The notes: generated by a model from the letters alone, not told the origin. 64,000 bases of DNA from an uncultured Fibrobacterota bacterium (GCA_963753345.1 CAVWBU010000032.1:128001-192000); one strand, 5' to 3'; counted from the first letter of the stretch, positions 9,512 to 19,775 are shown. Numbers and translations: made by a program.

Positions 9512-9894
9512 ACCTCGTCGATTCCTCGGGTTGGATCGAGTACTTTCTGGATCTGCCCGGTGCCGCGCATTTCGCCCGGCCCATCGAGGATGAAAAAGAG
9601 CTCCTTGTCCCTTCAGTCTGCATCTACGAGGTCTTTCGGAAACTGCTCACCGAGACGGACGAGACCACCGCGCTTCAGGCGGTGACCCAGATGCAGCTGG
9701 GCAGGGTGGTGGAGCTTGACGAGGTCCTTGCAATCAACGCCGCCCGCCTCGGGTACGATCTCAAGCTCCCTTTTGCGGACAGCATCATCCTTGCCGCGGC
9801 CTTGATGCACCGGGCCACCCTCTACACTATGGACGAGCACTTCAAGGACAAGCCCTGGGTCAAGTACTTCCCCCACAAATCCAAACTTTCCTAG
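9508..9894 (+). CDS. vapC: PIN-domain toxin VapC
   Basis: VDSSGWIE, YEV, ADSII, T.DEHF acidic PIN residues. Confidence 0.9.
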   Translation: MNLVDSSGWIEYFLDLPGAAHFARPIEDEKELLVPSVCIYEVFRKLLTETDETTALQAVTQMQLGRVVELDEVLAINAARLGYDLKLPFADSIILAAALMHRATLYTMDEHFKDKPWVKYFPHKSKLS

Positions 9895-9981
9895 ATTTTT
9901 CTCACACGGCCTCCGGTTGAGGATCTCAATGAGGGCAAAGTCTATCTTTTGACTTGCGTGCTTCGTTGGTGAGAATTCCGG

Positions 9982-10196
9982 TTGGCGCGAAAAAAAGTAA
10001 TTGACTGAATAGAATTCTGCTGCCGCGCGTTAGGGGCGACCGGAAGCCGCTCTGGAGAGCGGTGCCGCCCGGACCTGGCCGCGTACCCGCGGCATTGGGC
10101 CGTGACGGCCCGAGGGCTTGCCCGAGACTGGAGGGAGAACCGCCCCCAGTGTAGAGACGCCACACCGTGGCGTCTCTACACTGGGGGAACGCCCAA
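9982..10196 (+). repeat. Structured repeat family B, copy B3
   Basis: Near-identical to 46190-46403; terminal hairpin contains GTAGAGACGCCAC..GTGGCGTCTCTAC. Confidence 0.9.
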
Positions 10197-10322
10197 TTTT
10201 TTTTGGTATTTGCTCAAACCTCCCTTTCCCTTGAAATCCCCCCCGGTAGCATATATTTTTGATGTTCTTTTTTGACATCACCATCTCCTTTCCATATTAA
10301 TACACACCTTTTGGAGGCTCCT

Positions 10323-13121
10323 ATGGCAAAGTACGTGTACTTTTTCGGCGGCGGCAAGGCCGACGGCAACGAATCGATGAAAAACCTTCTTGGCGGCAAG
10401 GGCGCGAATCTTGCCGAAATGGCCGGACACCCCAAGCTCCGGCTGCCTGTGCCTCCCGGCTTCACGGTCACCACCGAAGTCTGCACCTACTATTATGAGA
10501 ACAAAAAGACCTATCCCAAGGAGCTCAAAGGCCAGGTGAACAAGGCCATGGCCCAGGTTGAAAAACTCATGGGCAAGAAGTTCGGCGATCCCAACGACCC
10601 GCTGCTCATGTCGGTCCGCTCGGGCGCGCGCCGCTCCATGCCCGGCATGATGGACACGGTGCTCAACGTCGGGCTTAACGACGTCACCATCCAGGGTCTT
10701 ATCGCCAAAACCAACAACCCGCGCTTCGCCTACGACGCCTACCGCAGGCTCGTGATGATGTATGCGGACGTTGTCATGGAAAAAGCCGCTGGTATCGAGC
10801 TCGAAGGCGGCAAGGGAATTCGCAAATTGATGGATGAGAGACTTGGCGAGGTCAAGAAACAAAAGGGCTACAAGATCGACACGGACCTGACAGCCGACGA
10901 TCTCAAGGCGCTTGTGGCGGAGTTCAAGCAGATGGTGAAAGACCATCTCGGCCAGTCGTTCCCGGAAACACCTGAGGAACAGTTGTGGGGCGGCATCGGC
11001 GCGGTGTTCATGAGCTGGAACGGCAAGCGCGCGGTCGACTACCGACGCATCGAGAAGATACCGGACGACTGGGGAACTGCGGTCAATGTGCAGAGCATGG
11101 TGTTCGGCAACATGGGCGAGGATTCGGCCACGGGCGTCGCCTTCACGCGCAACCCGGGCAACGGCGACAACCACTTTTACGGCGAATACCTCATCAACGC
11201 GCAGGGTGAAGACGTGGTGGCCGGCATCCGCACGCCCGCTCCCATCAATGCGCAATCGGCAAACGACCAGAGCAGGAACCTTCCCACGCTCGAAAGCGCA
11301 TTTCCTGAATGCTACAAGCAGCTCTTTGCGTTCCAGAACGGGCTCGAAAAGCATTACAAAGACATGCAGGACATCGAATTCACCATTGAAAAAGGCAAGC
11401 TGTACATGCTGCAATGCCGCGTTGGAAAACGCAACGGCGTTGCCGCGGTGCGCATGGCCGTTGACATGTACAAAGAAAAATTGATCGACGCAAATACCGC
11501 CATCATGCGCGTTGGCCCCAACCAGCTCGTGGAGCTCCTGCTGCCCATGATCGATCCCAAGGCGGAAAGCGCCACGTCGCCGATTGCCAAGGGACTTCCT
11601 GCAGGCCCGGGCGGCGCCAAGGGTCGCGCGGTGTTCACGTCGAAGGACGCGGTGGCATGGGCCGAGCGCGGGGAGAAGGTTATTCTTGTCCGTGAAGAAA
11701 CTTCTCCCGAAGACGTTGACGGCATGCACAAGGCCCAGGCCATTCTCACGGCCAAGGGCGGCATGACCTCGCATGCCGCGCTCGTTGCGCGCGGCTGGGG
11801 CAAGTGCTGCGTGGTCGGGTGCGCCGACATCGAGGTCGGCAACGACAACAAGCACTTTACAACCAAGAAGGGCGTCAGCATCAAGGAAGGCGACTGGCTC
11901 ACGCTCAACGGCACCAAAGGCACGGTGTATCAGGGCGGCCTGTCGCTCATCGACGTGGACCTCGCCACGAACACCACCTACAAGGACCTCATGGCGCTTG
12001 TCGACAAAACGCGCGTGCTCAAAGTGCGCACCAATGCCGACACGCCCAAGGACGCCAAAAAGGCCGTGGAGTTCGGCGCGGAGGGCATCGGCCTGTTCCG
12101 CACCGAGCACATGTTCTACGGCGAGGGCTCCGACAAGCCGCTGTTCCTCCTTCGCAAGATGATCATGAGCAAGACGCTTGACGAGCGCAAGGCTGCGCTG
12201 GCCGAGCTGTTCCCGTTCGTCAAAAGCGACATCAAGGCCACCATGGAGGCCATGGGCGGCAGGCCGGTAACCATCCGGCTGCTCGACCCGCCGCTGCACG
12301 AGTTCGTGCCGCACGCGGCCGACAAGCTCGAGGCGCTCGGGCGCGAGCTGCACGTGGACGCGGCGGAGCTTCACAAACGCGCCGAGGGCCTGCGGGAGAA
12401 CAACCCCATGCTCGGTCACCGCGGCGTGCGCCTCGGCATCACGTATCCCGAGATCACCGAGATGCAGGTGCGCGCCATTCTCGAAGCGGCCGGCGAGCTC
12501 ATCAAGGAGGGCAAGGAGGCGAATCCCGAGATCATGATTCCGGTCACCTGCACGGTCGCGGAAATCAATGACCAGAAGGTCATTGTGGACCGCGTGTATC
12601 CGGAAGTTTGCGCGAAAGTGGGACTCAAGAAGATCCCGTTCATGTACGGCACCATGATCGAAATCCCGCGCGCCGCGCTCACGGCCAACAAAATGGCGCA
12701 GACCGCGGAATTCTTTTCGTTCGGCACCAACGACCTCACGCAGATGGGCTTCGGCTTCTCGCGCGACGACATCGGCAGCTTTTTGCCCGATTATCTCAAC
12801 AAGAAGACCCTGCCGGCCGACCCGTTCCAGACCATCGATCAGGAAGGGATCGGCGAGCTCATCAAGATCGGCATCGAGCGCGGACGCTCGGTGCGGCCGA
12901 AGCTCAAGGTCGGGATATGCGGCGAGCACGGCGGCGATGCGGATTCGGTCAAGTTCTGCCACCGCGTGGGCATGAATTATGTTTCCTGTTCGCCCTTCCG
13001 CGTACCCATTGCCCGGCTGGCGGCCGCGCAGGCGGCAGTGGAGGCTTCGGTAAAAACGAAGAAGCCCGCACAGAAGAAAGCCGGCAAGGCGAAGAAATCT
13101 TCTTCCAAGAAGAGAAAGTAA
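10323..13121 (+). CDS. ppdK: Pyruvate, phosphate dikinase
   Basis: MAKYVYFFGGG, LLGGKGANLAEM, GGMTSHAA phospho-His, GIGLFRTEHMF, GICGEHGG; RBS GGAGG. Confidence 0.97.
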   Translation: MAKYVYFFGGGKADGNESMKNLLGGKGANLAEMAGHPKLRLPVPPGFTVTTEVCTYYYENKKTYPKELKGQVNKAMAQVEKLMGKKFGDPNDPLLMSVRSGARRSMPGMMDTVLNVGLNDVTIQGLIAKTNNPRFAYDAYRRLVMMYADVVMEKAAGIELEGGKGIRKLMDERLGEVKKQKGYKIDTDLTADDLKALVAEFKQMVKDHLGQSFPETPEEQLWGGIGAVFMSWNGKRAVDYRRIEKIPDDWGTAVNVQSMVFGNMGEDSATGVAFTRNPGNGDNHFYGEYLINAQGEDVVAGIRTPAPINAQSANDQSRNLPTLESAFPECYKQLFAFQNGLEKHYKDMQDIEFTIEKGKLYMLQCRVGKRNGVAAVRMAVDMYKEKLIDANTAIMRVGPNQLVELLLPMIDPKAESATSPIAKGLPAGPGGAKGRAVFTSKDAVAWAERGEKVILVREETSPEDVDGMHKAQAILTAKGGMTSHAALVARGWGKCCVVGCADIEVGNDNKHFTTKKGVSIKEGDWLTLNGTKGTVYQGGLSLIDVDLATNTTYKDLMALVDKTRVLKVRTNADTPKDAKKAVEFGAEGIGLFRTEHMFYGEGSDKPLFLLRKMIMSKTLDERKAALAELFPFVKSDIKATMEAMGGRPVTIRLLDPPLHEFVPHAADKLEALGRELHVDAAELHKRAEGLRENNPMLGHRGVRLGITYPEITEMQVRAILEAAGELIKEGKEANPEIMIPVTCTVAEINDQKVIVDRVYPEVCAKVGLKKIPFMYGTMIEIPRAALTANKMAQTAEFFSFGTNDLTQMGFGFSRDDIGSFLPDYLNKKTLPADPFQTIDQEGIGELIKIGIERGRSVRPKLKVGICGEHGGDADSVKFCHRVGMNYVSCSPFRVPIARLAAAQAAVEASVKTKKPAQKKAGKAKKSSSKKRK

Positions 13122-13164
13122 GGCCGAAAGCTAAACGCACCTATTGACAAGGTCGTTCATATGT

Positions 13165-13202
13165 AAAGGGCGGGATCAGCGGATCTTGCCCTTTTCTTTT
13201 TT
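13165..13202 (+). terminator. Intrinsic terminator after ppdK
   Basis: AAAGGGCGGGATC-AGCG-GATCTTGCCCTTT followed by T-rich run. Confidence 0.75.
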
Positions 13203-13263
13203 CAACAAGAAAACGTCCGGTCCGGCTCTTTTTACCATTTTCAATAGAAACGAGGTTGCATCA

Positions 13264-14025
13264 GTGAAGCAATCCTTCATTGCCTTGGCGATTGCCGCCG
13301 CAGTTTTTCTGTCCCTGTCGGGCTGTTCGTCCGACAAAAAAGTCACCGCGCTTACCACCCAGGACCAGAAGGTGAGCTACATGTTCGGCCTCAACATGGG
13401 CGGATATCTCAAGAAGCTCGATATCAAGGTGGACCGTGCCGCGCTGATCCAGGGAATAACCGACACCTTGTCGGGCGCGAAACCGCTCCTGACGTCGGAG
13501 CAGGTGATGGCCCTCCAGCAGGAATTTTCCAAGACGATGCAGGAGAAGCAGATGGCCGAGATTAAGGCGCTGAGCGAAAAGAACGGCAAGGAAGGCTCGG
13601 AATTTCTGGAAAAGAACAAGAAGGAAAAGGGTGTTATCACCACCGCATCCGGCCTGCAGTACACTATTCTCAAGCAGGGCACGGGCGCCAAGCCCACCGC
13701 GACGGATGTCGTGTCGGTGAACTATCGCGGGACATTTATTGACGGAAAAGAATTCGACAATTCGTACACCCGCGGCCAGCCCGCCACGTTCCCGGTGACC
13801 GGCGTCATCCCCGGATGGACCGAGGCGCTGCAGCTCATGCAGGTGGGCACCAAGGCGAAGCTGTTCGTGCCCGGGAAACTCGGCTACGGCGAACGCGGCA
13901 TGGGTCAGCAGATACCTCCCAACAAGACGCTTCTTTTCGAAGTGGAGCTGCTTTCGATCCAGCCGAAAACCGCGGCCGCGCCGGCCGGCGCGACTCCCGC
14001 AGGAGCACAGAAGAAGATAAAGTGA
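13264..14025 (+). CDS. FKBP-type peptidyl-prolyl isomerase (FkpA/Mip-like lipoprotein)
   Basis: LSGC lipobox, TASGLQY, EFDNSY, VIPGWTEAL, GYGERG, IPPN..L.FEVELL. Confidence 0.93.
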   Translation: MKQSFIALAIAAAVFLSLSGCSSDKKVTALTTQDQKVSYMFGLNMGGYLKKLDIKVDRAALIQGITDTLSGAKPLLTSEQVMALQQEFSKTMQEKQMAEIKALSEKNGKEGSEFLEKNKKEKGVITTASGLQYTILKQGTGAKPTATDVVSVNYRGTFIDGKEFDNSYTRGQPATFPVTGVIPGWTEALQLMQVGTKAKLFVPGKLGYGERGMGQQIPPNKTLLFEVELLSIQPKTAAAPAGATPAGAQKKIK

Positions 14026-14204
14026 GCGAACAGAAGTTTTGTTGATGGAACCATGCGGCTCGCAAAGGATTGCGGGCCGCATTTCATTTTTCCGGAACGT
14101 GCGGGGAGCACCGATCTTCAACAGCCGCTATTTGTTGGTAGGTTATGGTGAAGAATGTATTTTTTATAATTGTGTGAGGGAAGACATTCTATGGAGACAA
14201 CCCG

Positions 14205-14579
14205 ATGCCGGTGAGAGTACTTGTCGCGGATGATAATCTCGATGTCCAGGAGCTGGTGAACGACATTCTCATCATCAATTTCAAGGACGTTTCCGTGGAA
14301 CGGGTGCTCGATGCCAACGGGCTTCGCGAAGAACTCGGGGCGGCAAAACGGCCCTACGACCTGATCATTGTGGCCTCGGGTCTTGCCGATCCGCAGGGAA
14401 AGTCGGCTCCTGCCATAATCCGGGAGGAATTCCGGGCCGTCAGCGGCAAGACGGTGATCCTCGAAGACGCCCCCGGCCAGGTCAAGCGCGGTCCGGGCAC
14501 GGCGGGCATTCCCGTCCTCACCAAGCCCTTCTCCCTCGACGAATTCGGCGATTGCGTCAGAAAAATATGCCCCCGCTGA
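14205..14579 (+). CDS. Stand-alone receiver-like domain protein (atypical)
   Basis: VLVADD, DLIIV(A), KPFSLDE; phospho-acceptor Asp appears replaced by Ala. Confidence 0.7.
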   Translation: MPVRVLVADDNLDVQELVNDILIINFKDVSVERVLDANGLREELGAAKRPYDLIIVASGLADPQGKSAPAIIREEFRAVSGKTVILEDAPGQVKRGPGTAGIPVLTKPFSLDEFGDCVRKICPR

Positions 14580-14609
14580 CGCAGTTGCATCGGTAACGAG
14601 GAGGCCGCC

Positions 14610-15245
14610 ATGGCCCTTGCCCTTTCGCGGGGAGATTCCATCCTTTTCATCGGCGACAGCATCACCGACTGCGGCAGGCGCGCCGGCCAGGTGGGCCCCA
14701 TGGGCCGCGGGTATCCGCTGCTGGTGTCGTCGAGGCTGTCCGCAAAGTTCCCTCACCTCGGTCTCTCTTTTGTCAATAAAGGAATTTCCGGCGACAGGAT
14801 AAAGGACCTGGCCGCGAGATGGGGGCGGGACGCAGTTGCCCTGCGGCCGACCATCATCTCGATTCTCGCGGGCGTCAACGACACCTGGAGGAGATTCGAC
14901 AGCGGCGAGGAGACCCCTGCCGCGGAGTTCGAAGCGGTCTTCCGCCGGATTCTCGAGGCCACGCGTCGGGAAACCTCGGCCGCGCTGGTGCTCTGCGAGC
15001 CGTTTGTGGTGCCGTGCGGGCTCGTTACCGGCGCTTGGCGCCAAGACCTCGATCCGAAGATCGCGGCAGTGCGGGAGCTTGCCGCCGAGTTCGGCGCAAT
15101 CCTCGTTCCGCTCGACGAACTATTCACCGCGGCCGCTGCCGAGGCGGCTCCCGGATACTGGGCCGAAGACGGCGTTCACCCGACCAATGCCGGCCACGGA
15201 CTCATCGCGCAGGCGTGGCTCAGGCATGTGCTTGACATAGAGTAA
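14610..15245 (+). CDS. SGNH/GDSL hydrolase
   Basis: FIGDSITD, NKGISG, GVND, DGVHP. Confidence 0.92.
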   Translation: MALALSRGDSILFIGDSITDCGRRAGQVGPMGRGYPLLVSSRLSAKFPHLGLSFVNKGISGDRIKDLAARWGRDAVALRPTIISILAGVNDTWRRFDSGEETPAAEFEAVFRRILEATRRETSAALVLCEPFVVPCGLVTGAWRQDLDPKIAAVRELAAEFGAILVPLDELFTAAAAEAAPGYWAEDGVHPTNAGHGLIAQAWLRHVLDIE

Positions 15246-15282
15246 TACGCGAAGGGGATGGGGCGTGGAACGGTCTGCCGGC

Positions 15283-16056
15283 ATGTCGTATTTCGATTCT
15301 CACTGCCACCTCCAGGACAAGCGTCTCCTGCCCGGCATCGCCGGCGTTTGCGCGCGGGCGAAAAGCGCCGGGGTCTCCATCGTGTCTTGCTGCGGAAGCG
15401 CTGAGGGTGATTGGGAATCGGTAAAGAAGCTTTCAGGGGCACATTCATGGATAGTTCCTTCCTTCGGGCTTCATCCCTGGTATGTTGCGGACCGAAGCGC
15501 GGATTGGGAAAAAAAACTTTCGGCCTTTCTCAAGGATAATCCCGCGGCCTGTGTCGGCGAAATCGGCATCGACCACGCGCTTGACAAATCAACCTTTGCG
15601 GATCAGGAAAAAGTCTTTCTGCGGCAGCTCGCCATTGCGGCCGAATTCGCCAGGCCGGTCACCATTCACTGCGTGCGGGCATTCGGCCGCCTCATTGAAT
15701 TGCTCCGGCAGGCCGGCGGCGTTTTCCAGGGCGGCATCGTTCATTCCTACTCGGGCCCGCCCGAACTCGTGACAACGCTCGAAGGATTCGGCCTTTCGAT
15801 CTCGTTTTCCGGCTCCATAACGTTTCCCAGGAACAAGAAATCCCGCGCTTCGGTTAATGCGGTTGCACCTGACCGGCTGTGTCTCGAAACCGACAGCCCG
15901 GACATAAAGCCCAGCGAGTGGGATGGGGCGGTAAACGAACCTGCTTCGATTACGCTTGTCGCCAAGGCAGCGGCGGAACTGCGGGGAATGCAATTGAAGG
16001 AAGTCGCCGAATTGACGTTAAGGAATGCGTCCAGGATCTTCACGGGAAGAAGTTGA
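15283..16056 (+). CDS. TatD family DNase
   Basis: DSHCHL, GLHPW, GEIGID, IHC, HSYSG, ETDSPD. Confidence 0.92.
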   Translation: MSYFDSHCHLQDKRLLPGIAGVCARAKSAGVSIVSCCGSAEGDWESVKKLSGAHSWIVPSFGLHPWYVADRSADWEKKLSAFLKDNPAACVGEIGIDHALDKSTFADQEKVFLRQLAIAAEFARPVTIHCVRAFGRLIELLRQAGGVFQGGIVHSYSGPPELVTTLEGFGLSISFSGSITFPRNKKSRASVNAVAPDRLCLETDSPDIKPSEWDGAVNEPASITLVAKAAAELRGMQLKEVAELTLRNASRIFTGRS

Positions 16057-16263
16057 CAGTTGACGGTTGATAGTTGACCGGGACTGTCAATTCCCGACAT
16101 TTTCAAAGACACCCGGCGGATTTATCATCCTAGACGTTATATCTGAAATCAACCCTCACCATCAAAAACCAATGGCATGGAGAAAAGGACTGCAGTAAGG
16201 GCCGAGAAAACGTCCCGCTTGATTGCTTTCAACTGTCAACTTCCAACTCTCAACTTTCAACTA
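16051..16263. repeat. Inverted heptamer arrays: (AGTTGAC)n at 16051-16078 and (TCAACT.)n at 16229-16263
   Basis: agttgac agttgac ggttgat agttgac ... tcaactg tcaactt ccaactc tcaactt tcaacta. Confidence 0.7.
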
Positions 16264-16341
16264 TCCTAAAACACCGCGACCGCGGCAATATTATTTTTGT
16301 TACTCCTTCGTCCTAGACCCATTCCAGAAAAGGCTGTTTTA

Positions 16342-18111
16342 ATGCATCAGTTAAGAACTCACACGTGCTGCGAGCTCAGGAAAACCGACGTCGGCAGGGA
16401 AGTGGCCCTGTGCGGCTGGATCCATTCCCGACGGGACCACGGCGGCGTGCTTTTTATCGACCTCAGGGACAACTTCGGGCTCACCCAGGTGGTGGTGTAT
16501 CCTGCGGTCGCGTTTCTCGACGAGGTGTCGCGGCTCCCCAAGGAGACTGTTGTCCGTTTCGGCGGCAGGGTAGCATTCCGGTCCGAGGAAAACATCAATC
16601 CCAAACTTCCCACGGGCGAAGTTGAGGTCGTGGTGGAATCGTACGAAGTGCTCGGTTCCTGCGACCCGCTGCCGCTCAACGTGTTTCCCGAAGACGACGC
16701 ACCCGAAGACCTGCGCCTGCGGTACCGGTTCCTCGATCTTCGCAGAAGTAAACTACACCGGAACATTGTCCTGCGTTCCGACGTCATCGCGAGCATGCGG
16801 CGCCGCATGTGGGACCTGGGGTTCAAGGAGTTCCAGACGCCCATCCTCACCAGCTCCTCGCCCGAGGGCGCGCGCGACTACCTCGTGCCGTCGCGCATTC
16901 ATCCTGGCAAGTTCTATGCCCTGCCGCAGGCGCCGCAGCAGTTCAAACAGCTTCTCATGATATCCGGGTTCGACCGGTACTTCCAGATCGCGCCGTGTTT
17001 CCGCGACGAGGACGCCCGGGCCGACCGCTCGCCGGGCGAGTTCTACCAGCTCGACATGGAAATGTCCTTTGTGAATCAGGAAGATATTTTCAAGGTCGTC
17101 GAAACCCTGATCTGCGGTATTTTCACCGAGTTTTCCAAGAAGAAAATCGACGCGCCGCCGTTCGTGCGCATTCCGTACCGGGAATCGATGATAAAGTACG
17201 GCACCGACAAACCCGATCTTCGCATCCCGATTGATATGCGCGACTGCACTTCGATATTCGCGCAATCGGGGTTCAAGGTGTTCCGCGGCGCCATCGAGAC
17301 CGGCGCGGTGGTGCGGGCGATTCCGGTGAAAGGCATCGCCTCCAAGCCGAGAAACTTCTTCGACAAGCTCGTGGACCACGCCACATCCATCGGCGCAAAA
17401 GGGCTCGCGTACCTGCAGTGGCTCGACGCAGGAGTAAAGGGGCCGCTCATGAAGTTCCTGACGCCCGAAGAGCTGGGGAAAATCGAATCGCTTTGCGGGA
17501 CGGGCAAAGGCGACGTGGTTTTTTTCGTTTGCGATACGCCGCAGACCACCAACAAACTGTGCAGTGAACTGCGCGTCAAGCTGGGGAGCGACCTCGGCAT
17601 GATCGATCCGGATGCGTTCAGGTTCTGCTGGATCGTTGATTTTCCGATGTACGAATGGGACGAAGAGAACAAGTGCGTCGCTTTTTCCCACAATCCGTTT
17701 TCCATGCCTCAGGGAGGCATGGAGGCGCTTGCCGCGAAGCAGCCGCTCGACATTCTGGCGCACCAGTACGACATCGTGTGCAACGGCATCGAGCTGTCCA
17801 GCGGCGCCATACGCAATCACCAGCCCGAGATCATGTACAAGGCATTCGAGATCGCGGGCTACAATAAGGAAACGGTCGACGAGCGGTTCGGCGCCATGAT
17901 CAGCGCCTTCAAGCTCGGCGCGCCTCCCCACGGCGGCATCGCGCCCGGCATCGACCGCATCGTGATGCTGCTTGCCGGCGAAGAGAACATCCGCGAGGTG
18001 ATCGCGTTTCCCATGAACCAGCGCGCGCAGGACCTTCTGATGAACGCGCCGGCAACCGTTTCACAGAAGCAGCTAAGGGAACTGCATGTTCGCGTTGTGG
18101 AGCATACCTGA
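16342..18111 (+). CDS. aspS: Aspartate-tRNA ligase (likely non-discriminating Asp/Asn)
   Basis: [45 protein letters not shown]. Confidence 0.96.
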   Translation: MHQLRTHTCCELRKTDVGREVALCGWIHSRRDHGGVLFIDLRDNFGLTQVVVYPAVAFLDEVSRLPKETVVRFGGRVAFRSEENINPKLPTGEVEVVVESYEVLGSCDPLPLNVFPEDDAPEDLRLRYRFLDLRRSKLHRNIVLRSDVIASMRRRMWDLGFKEFQTPILTSSSPEGARDYLVPSRIHPGKFYALPQAPQQFKQLLMISGFDRYFQIAPCFRDEDARADRSPGEFYQLDMEMSFVNQEDIFKVVETLICGIFTEFSKKKIDAPPFVRIPYRESMIKYGTDKPDLRIPIDMRDCTSIFAQSGFKVFRGAIETGAVVRAIPVKGIASKPRNFFDKLVDHATSIGAKGLAYLQWLDAGVKGPLMKFLTPEELGKIESLCGTGKGDVVFFVCDTPQTTNKLCSELRVKLGSDLGMIDPDAFRFCWIVDFPMYEWDEENKCVAFSHNPFSMPQGGMEALAAKQPLDILAHQYDIVCNGIELSSGAIRNHQPEIMYKAFEIAGYNKETVDERFGAMISAFKLGAPPHGGIAPGIDRIVMLLAGEENIREVIAFPMNQRAQDLLMNAPATVSQKQLRELHVRVVEHT

Positions 18112-18259
18112 CGGTGCTGAGGGAATGCGGCGCGGCGTTCCCCTTGCTGTCCCGGGATCCGATTCTTTCCGGCCATCCTTGACTTCGGCGGCATCGTATC
18201 ATACAATGATATGATTTGACTTTTCCCCTCACTTTCACCCTTTTTCAAATGGAGGTTCC

Positions 18260-18847
18260 ATGAAGCGTTCTCTTGCATTAACAGTCGCGGTTGCGTCACT
18301 CATCTTTGTCCTTGGTTGCGGTACGCCCACTCTCATTTACAACAAGACATTGCCGGAAATCAAAGCGCCTGCCGACAAGGCGCTGTGCGTGCTCGTGCGC
18401 CCCATGGCGTTCATGGGGGCCACGTTCATTCCAGTGTATTGCGACCAGAAATATGAGGGAGGCACCGAAGGCAACACCATGCTCACCTTCCCGGTTGATC
18501 CCGGCGAACACTACATCATCGCCGACGCCACCAACAAATCCAAAGTGAAGTACAATTTTCAGGCCGGGAAGGTGTATTTCATATGGCATACGGTTGTTTC
18601 ACTTTCCTCTGGCATAATCAAGATAAACACCAGCACGTTCGCGCCGATGGACGGCGAATCGGCCACGAAGAAGATAGAGGATGAAAAGGGCAAAATCACC
18701 TGGGTGCAGAAGAACCCCGAAGACAAGGATTCGAAGGATTTGAGTGCGAATGATTTCGAGGATGTCAAGAAGGATTACGAGAAGTGGGCCGCAGACGGCA
18801 AGAACGCGGCGGACGCCAAGAAAGAGGCGGAGTATCCCGGATATTGA
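18260..18847 (+). CDS. Lipoprotein, DUF2846-like hypothetical
   Basis: RBS GGAGG, VLGC lipobox, V.PGEH...AGKVYF beta-sandwich pattern. Confidence 0.7.
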   Translation: MKRSLALTVAVASLIFVLGCGTPTLIYNKTLPEIKAPADKALCVLVRPMAFMGATFIPVYCDQKYEGGTEGNTMLTFPVDPGEHYIIADATNKSKVKYNFQAGKVYFIWHTVVSLSSGIIKINTSTFAPMDGESATKKIEDEKGKITWVQKNPEDKDSKDLSANDFEDVKKDYEKWAADGKNAADAKKEAEYPGY

Positions 18848-18871
18848 TGTTTCGAAAACTTCAAGAGGTAC

Positions 18872-18902
18872 ATGCACGGTCGCCAGACCGTGCATTTTTT
18901 TT
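18872..18902 (+). terminator. Intrinsic terminator
   Basis: ATGCACGGTC...GACCGTGCAT hairpin plus T run. Confidence 0.75.
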
Positions 18903-19033
18903 CCCGTGCGGCGCAAACTTCGTTCACCCGCAGCAGCCGCTTTTTTCTTCGCCCGCGAGCCATGTGCCGTCCCCAACTACTATTTTATGGTGCCGGCCGG
19001 CAGGAGCCGGCTCACTTAACGCATAAGGCAACC

Positions 19034-19768
19034 ATGTTTTCACAGCGGATAGCGCTTGTCACCGGCGGTTCGCGCGGCATCGGCAGGGCCGTAGTGACGG
19101 AATTCCGGTCGAAGAACGCGACTGTGTACTTCACCTACCACCGCCACGAACAGGCCGCCGAAGAAACGACTTCGCAGACCGGCGCGCACAAGATTCTTTG
19201 CCCGCAGGAAGACGGTGTTGCCATCGAAAAAGCCGTGGACGATATCGTGAAGCGCGAGGGCCGCATCGACATTCTCATCAACAACGCGGGAATCACATCG
19301 GACCAGTACCTGATGATGATGCCTTCCGACGAATGGGACAAAGTCATCGACACCAACCTCAACGGCGCGTTCCGGTTTGCAAAGGCGGTCGCGCGTCCCA
19401 TGATGGCGGCGAAGAAGGGCGTCATCGTGAATGTCGCCTCGGTTTCGGGGCTGGTGGGCATCGGCGGGCAGACCAACTACGCGGCCTCAAAGGGCGCCCT
19501 TATCGCCTTCACCCGTTCGCTTGCCGCCGAGCTTGGGCCGCGCGGCATCCGCGTGAACGCGGTGGTGCCCGGATTTGTGGAGACCGACATGACCGCCAGG
19601 ATGCCGCGCCAGGTGAAGCAGCAGAACCTCGAACGGATCCTTGTCAAACGTTTCGGGACGCCAGGGGAAATCGCGGCCGCGGTCGCGTTTCTTTCGTCCG
19701 ACGATTCGTCCTACATCATCGGTCAGGCGCTTGTCGTCGACGGCGGCCTCACCTCAACCGTGGCGTGA
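19034..19768 (+). CDS. fabG: 3-oxoacyl-ACP reductase (FabG-like SDR)
   Basis: TGGSRGIG, NNAGI, YAASK, PGFVETDMT, VDGG. Confidence 0.85.
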   Translation: MFSQRIALVTGGSRGIGRAVVTEFRSKNATVYFTYHRHEQAAEETTSQTGAHKILCPQEDGVAIEKAVDDIVKREGRIDILINNAGITSDQYLMMMPSDEWDKVIDTNLNGAFRFAKAVARPMMAAKKGVIVNVASVSGLVGIGGQTNYAASKGALIAFTRSLAAELGPRGIRVNAVVPGFVETDMTARMPRQVKQQNLERILVKRFGTPGEIAAAVAFLSSDDSSYIIGQALVVDGGLTSTVA

Positions 19769-19775
19769 CCGTTTC

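Noticed and set aside
8782-10284. Similar short ORFs at 8.8-9.2, 9.9-10.3, 29.9-30.4, 46.2-46.6 and 55.8-56.2 kb
   Set aside because: They are translations of the A/B repeats; frames and lengths are inconsistent between copies.
10278-12962. Long antisense ORFs (894 aa opposite ppdK; also opposite uvrD, aspS, gfo and others)
   Set aside because: Shadow frames expected from high-GC codon bias; no recognisable motifs.
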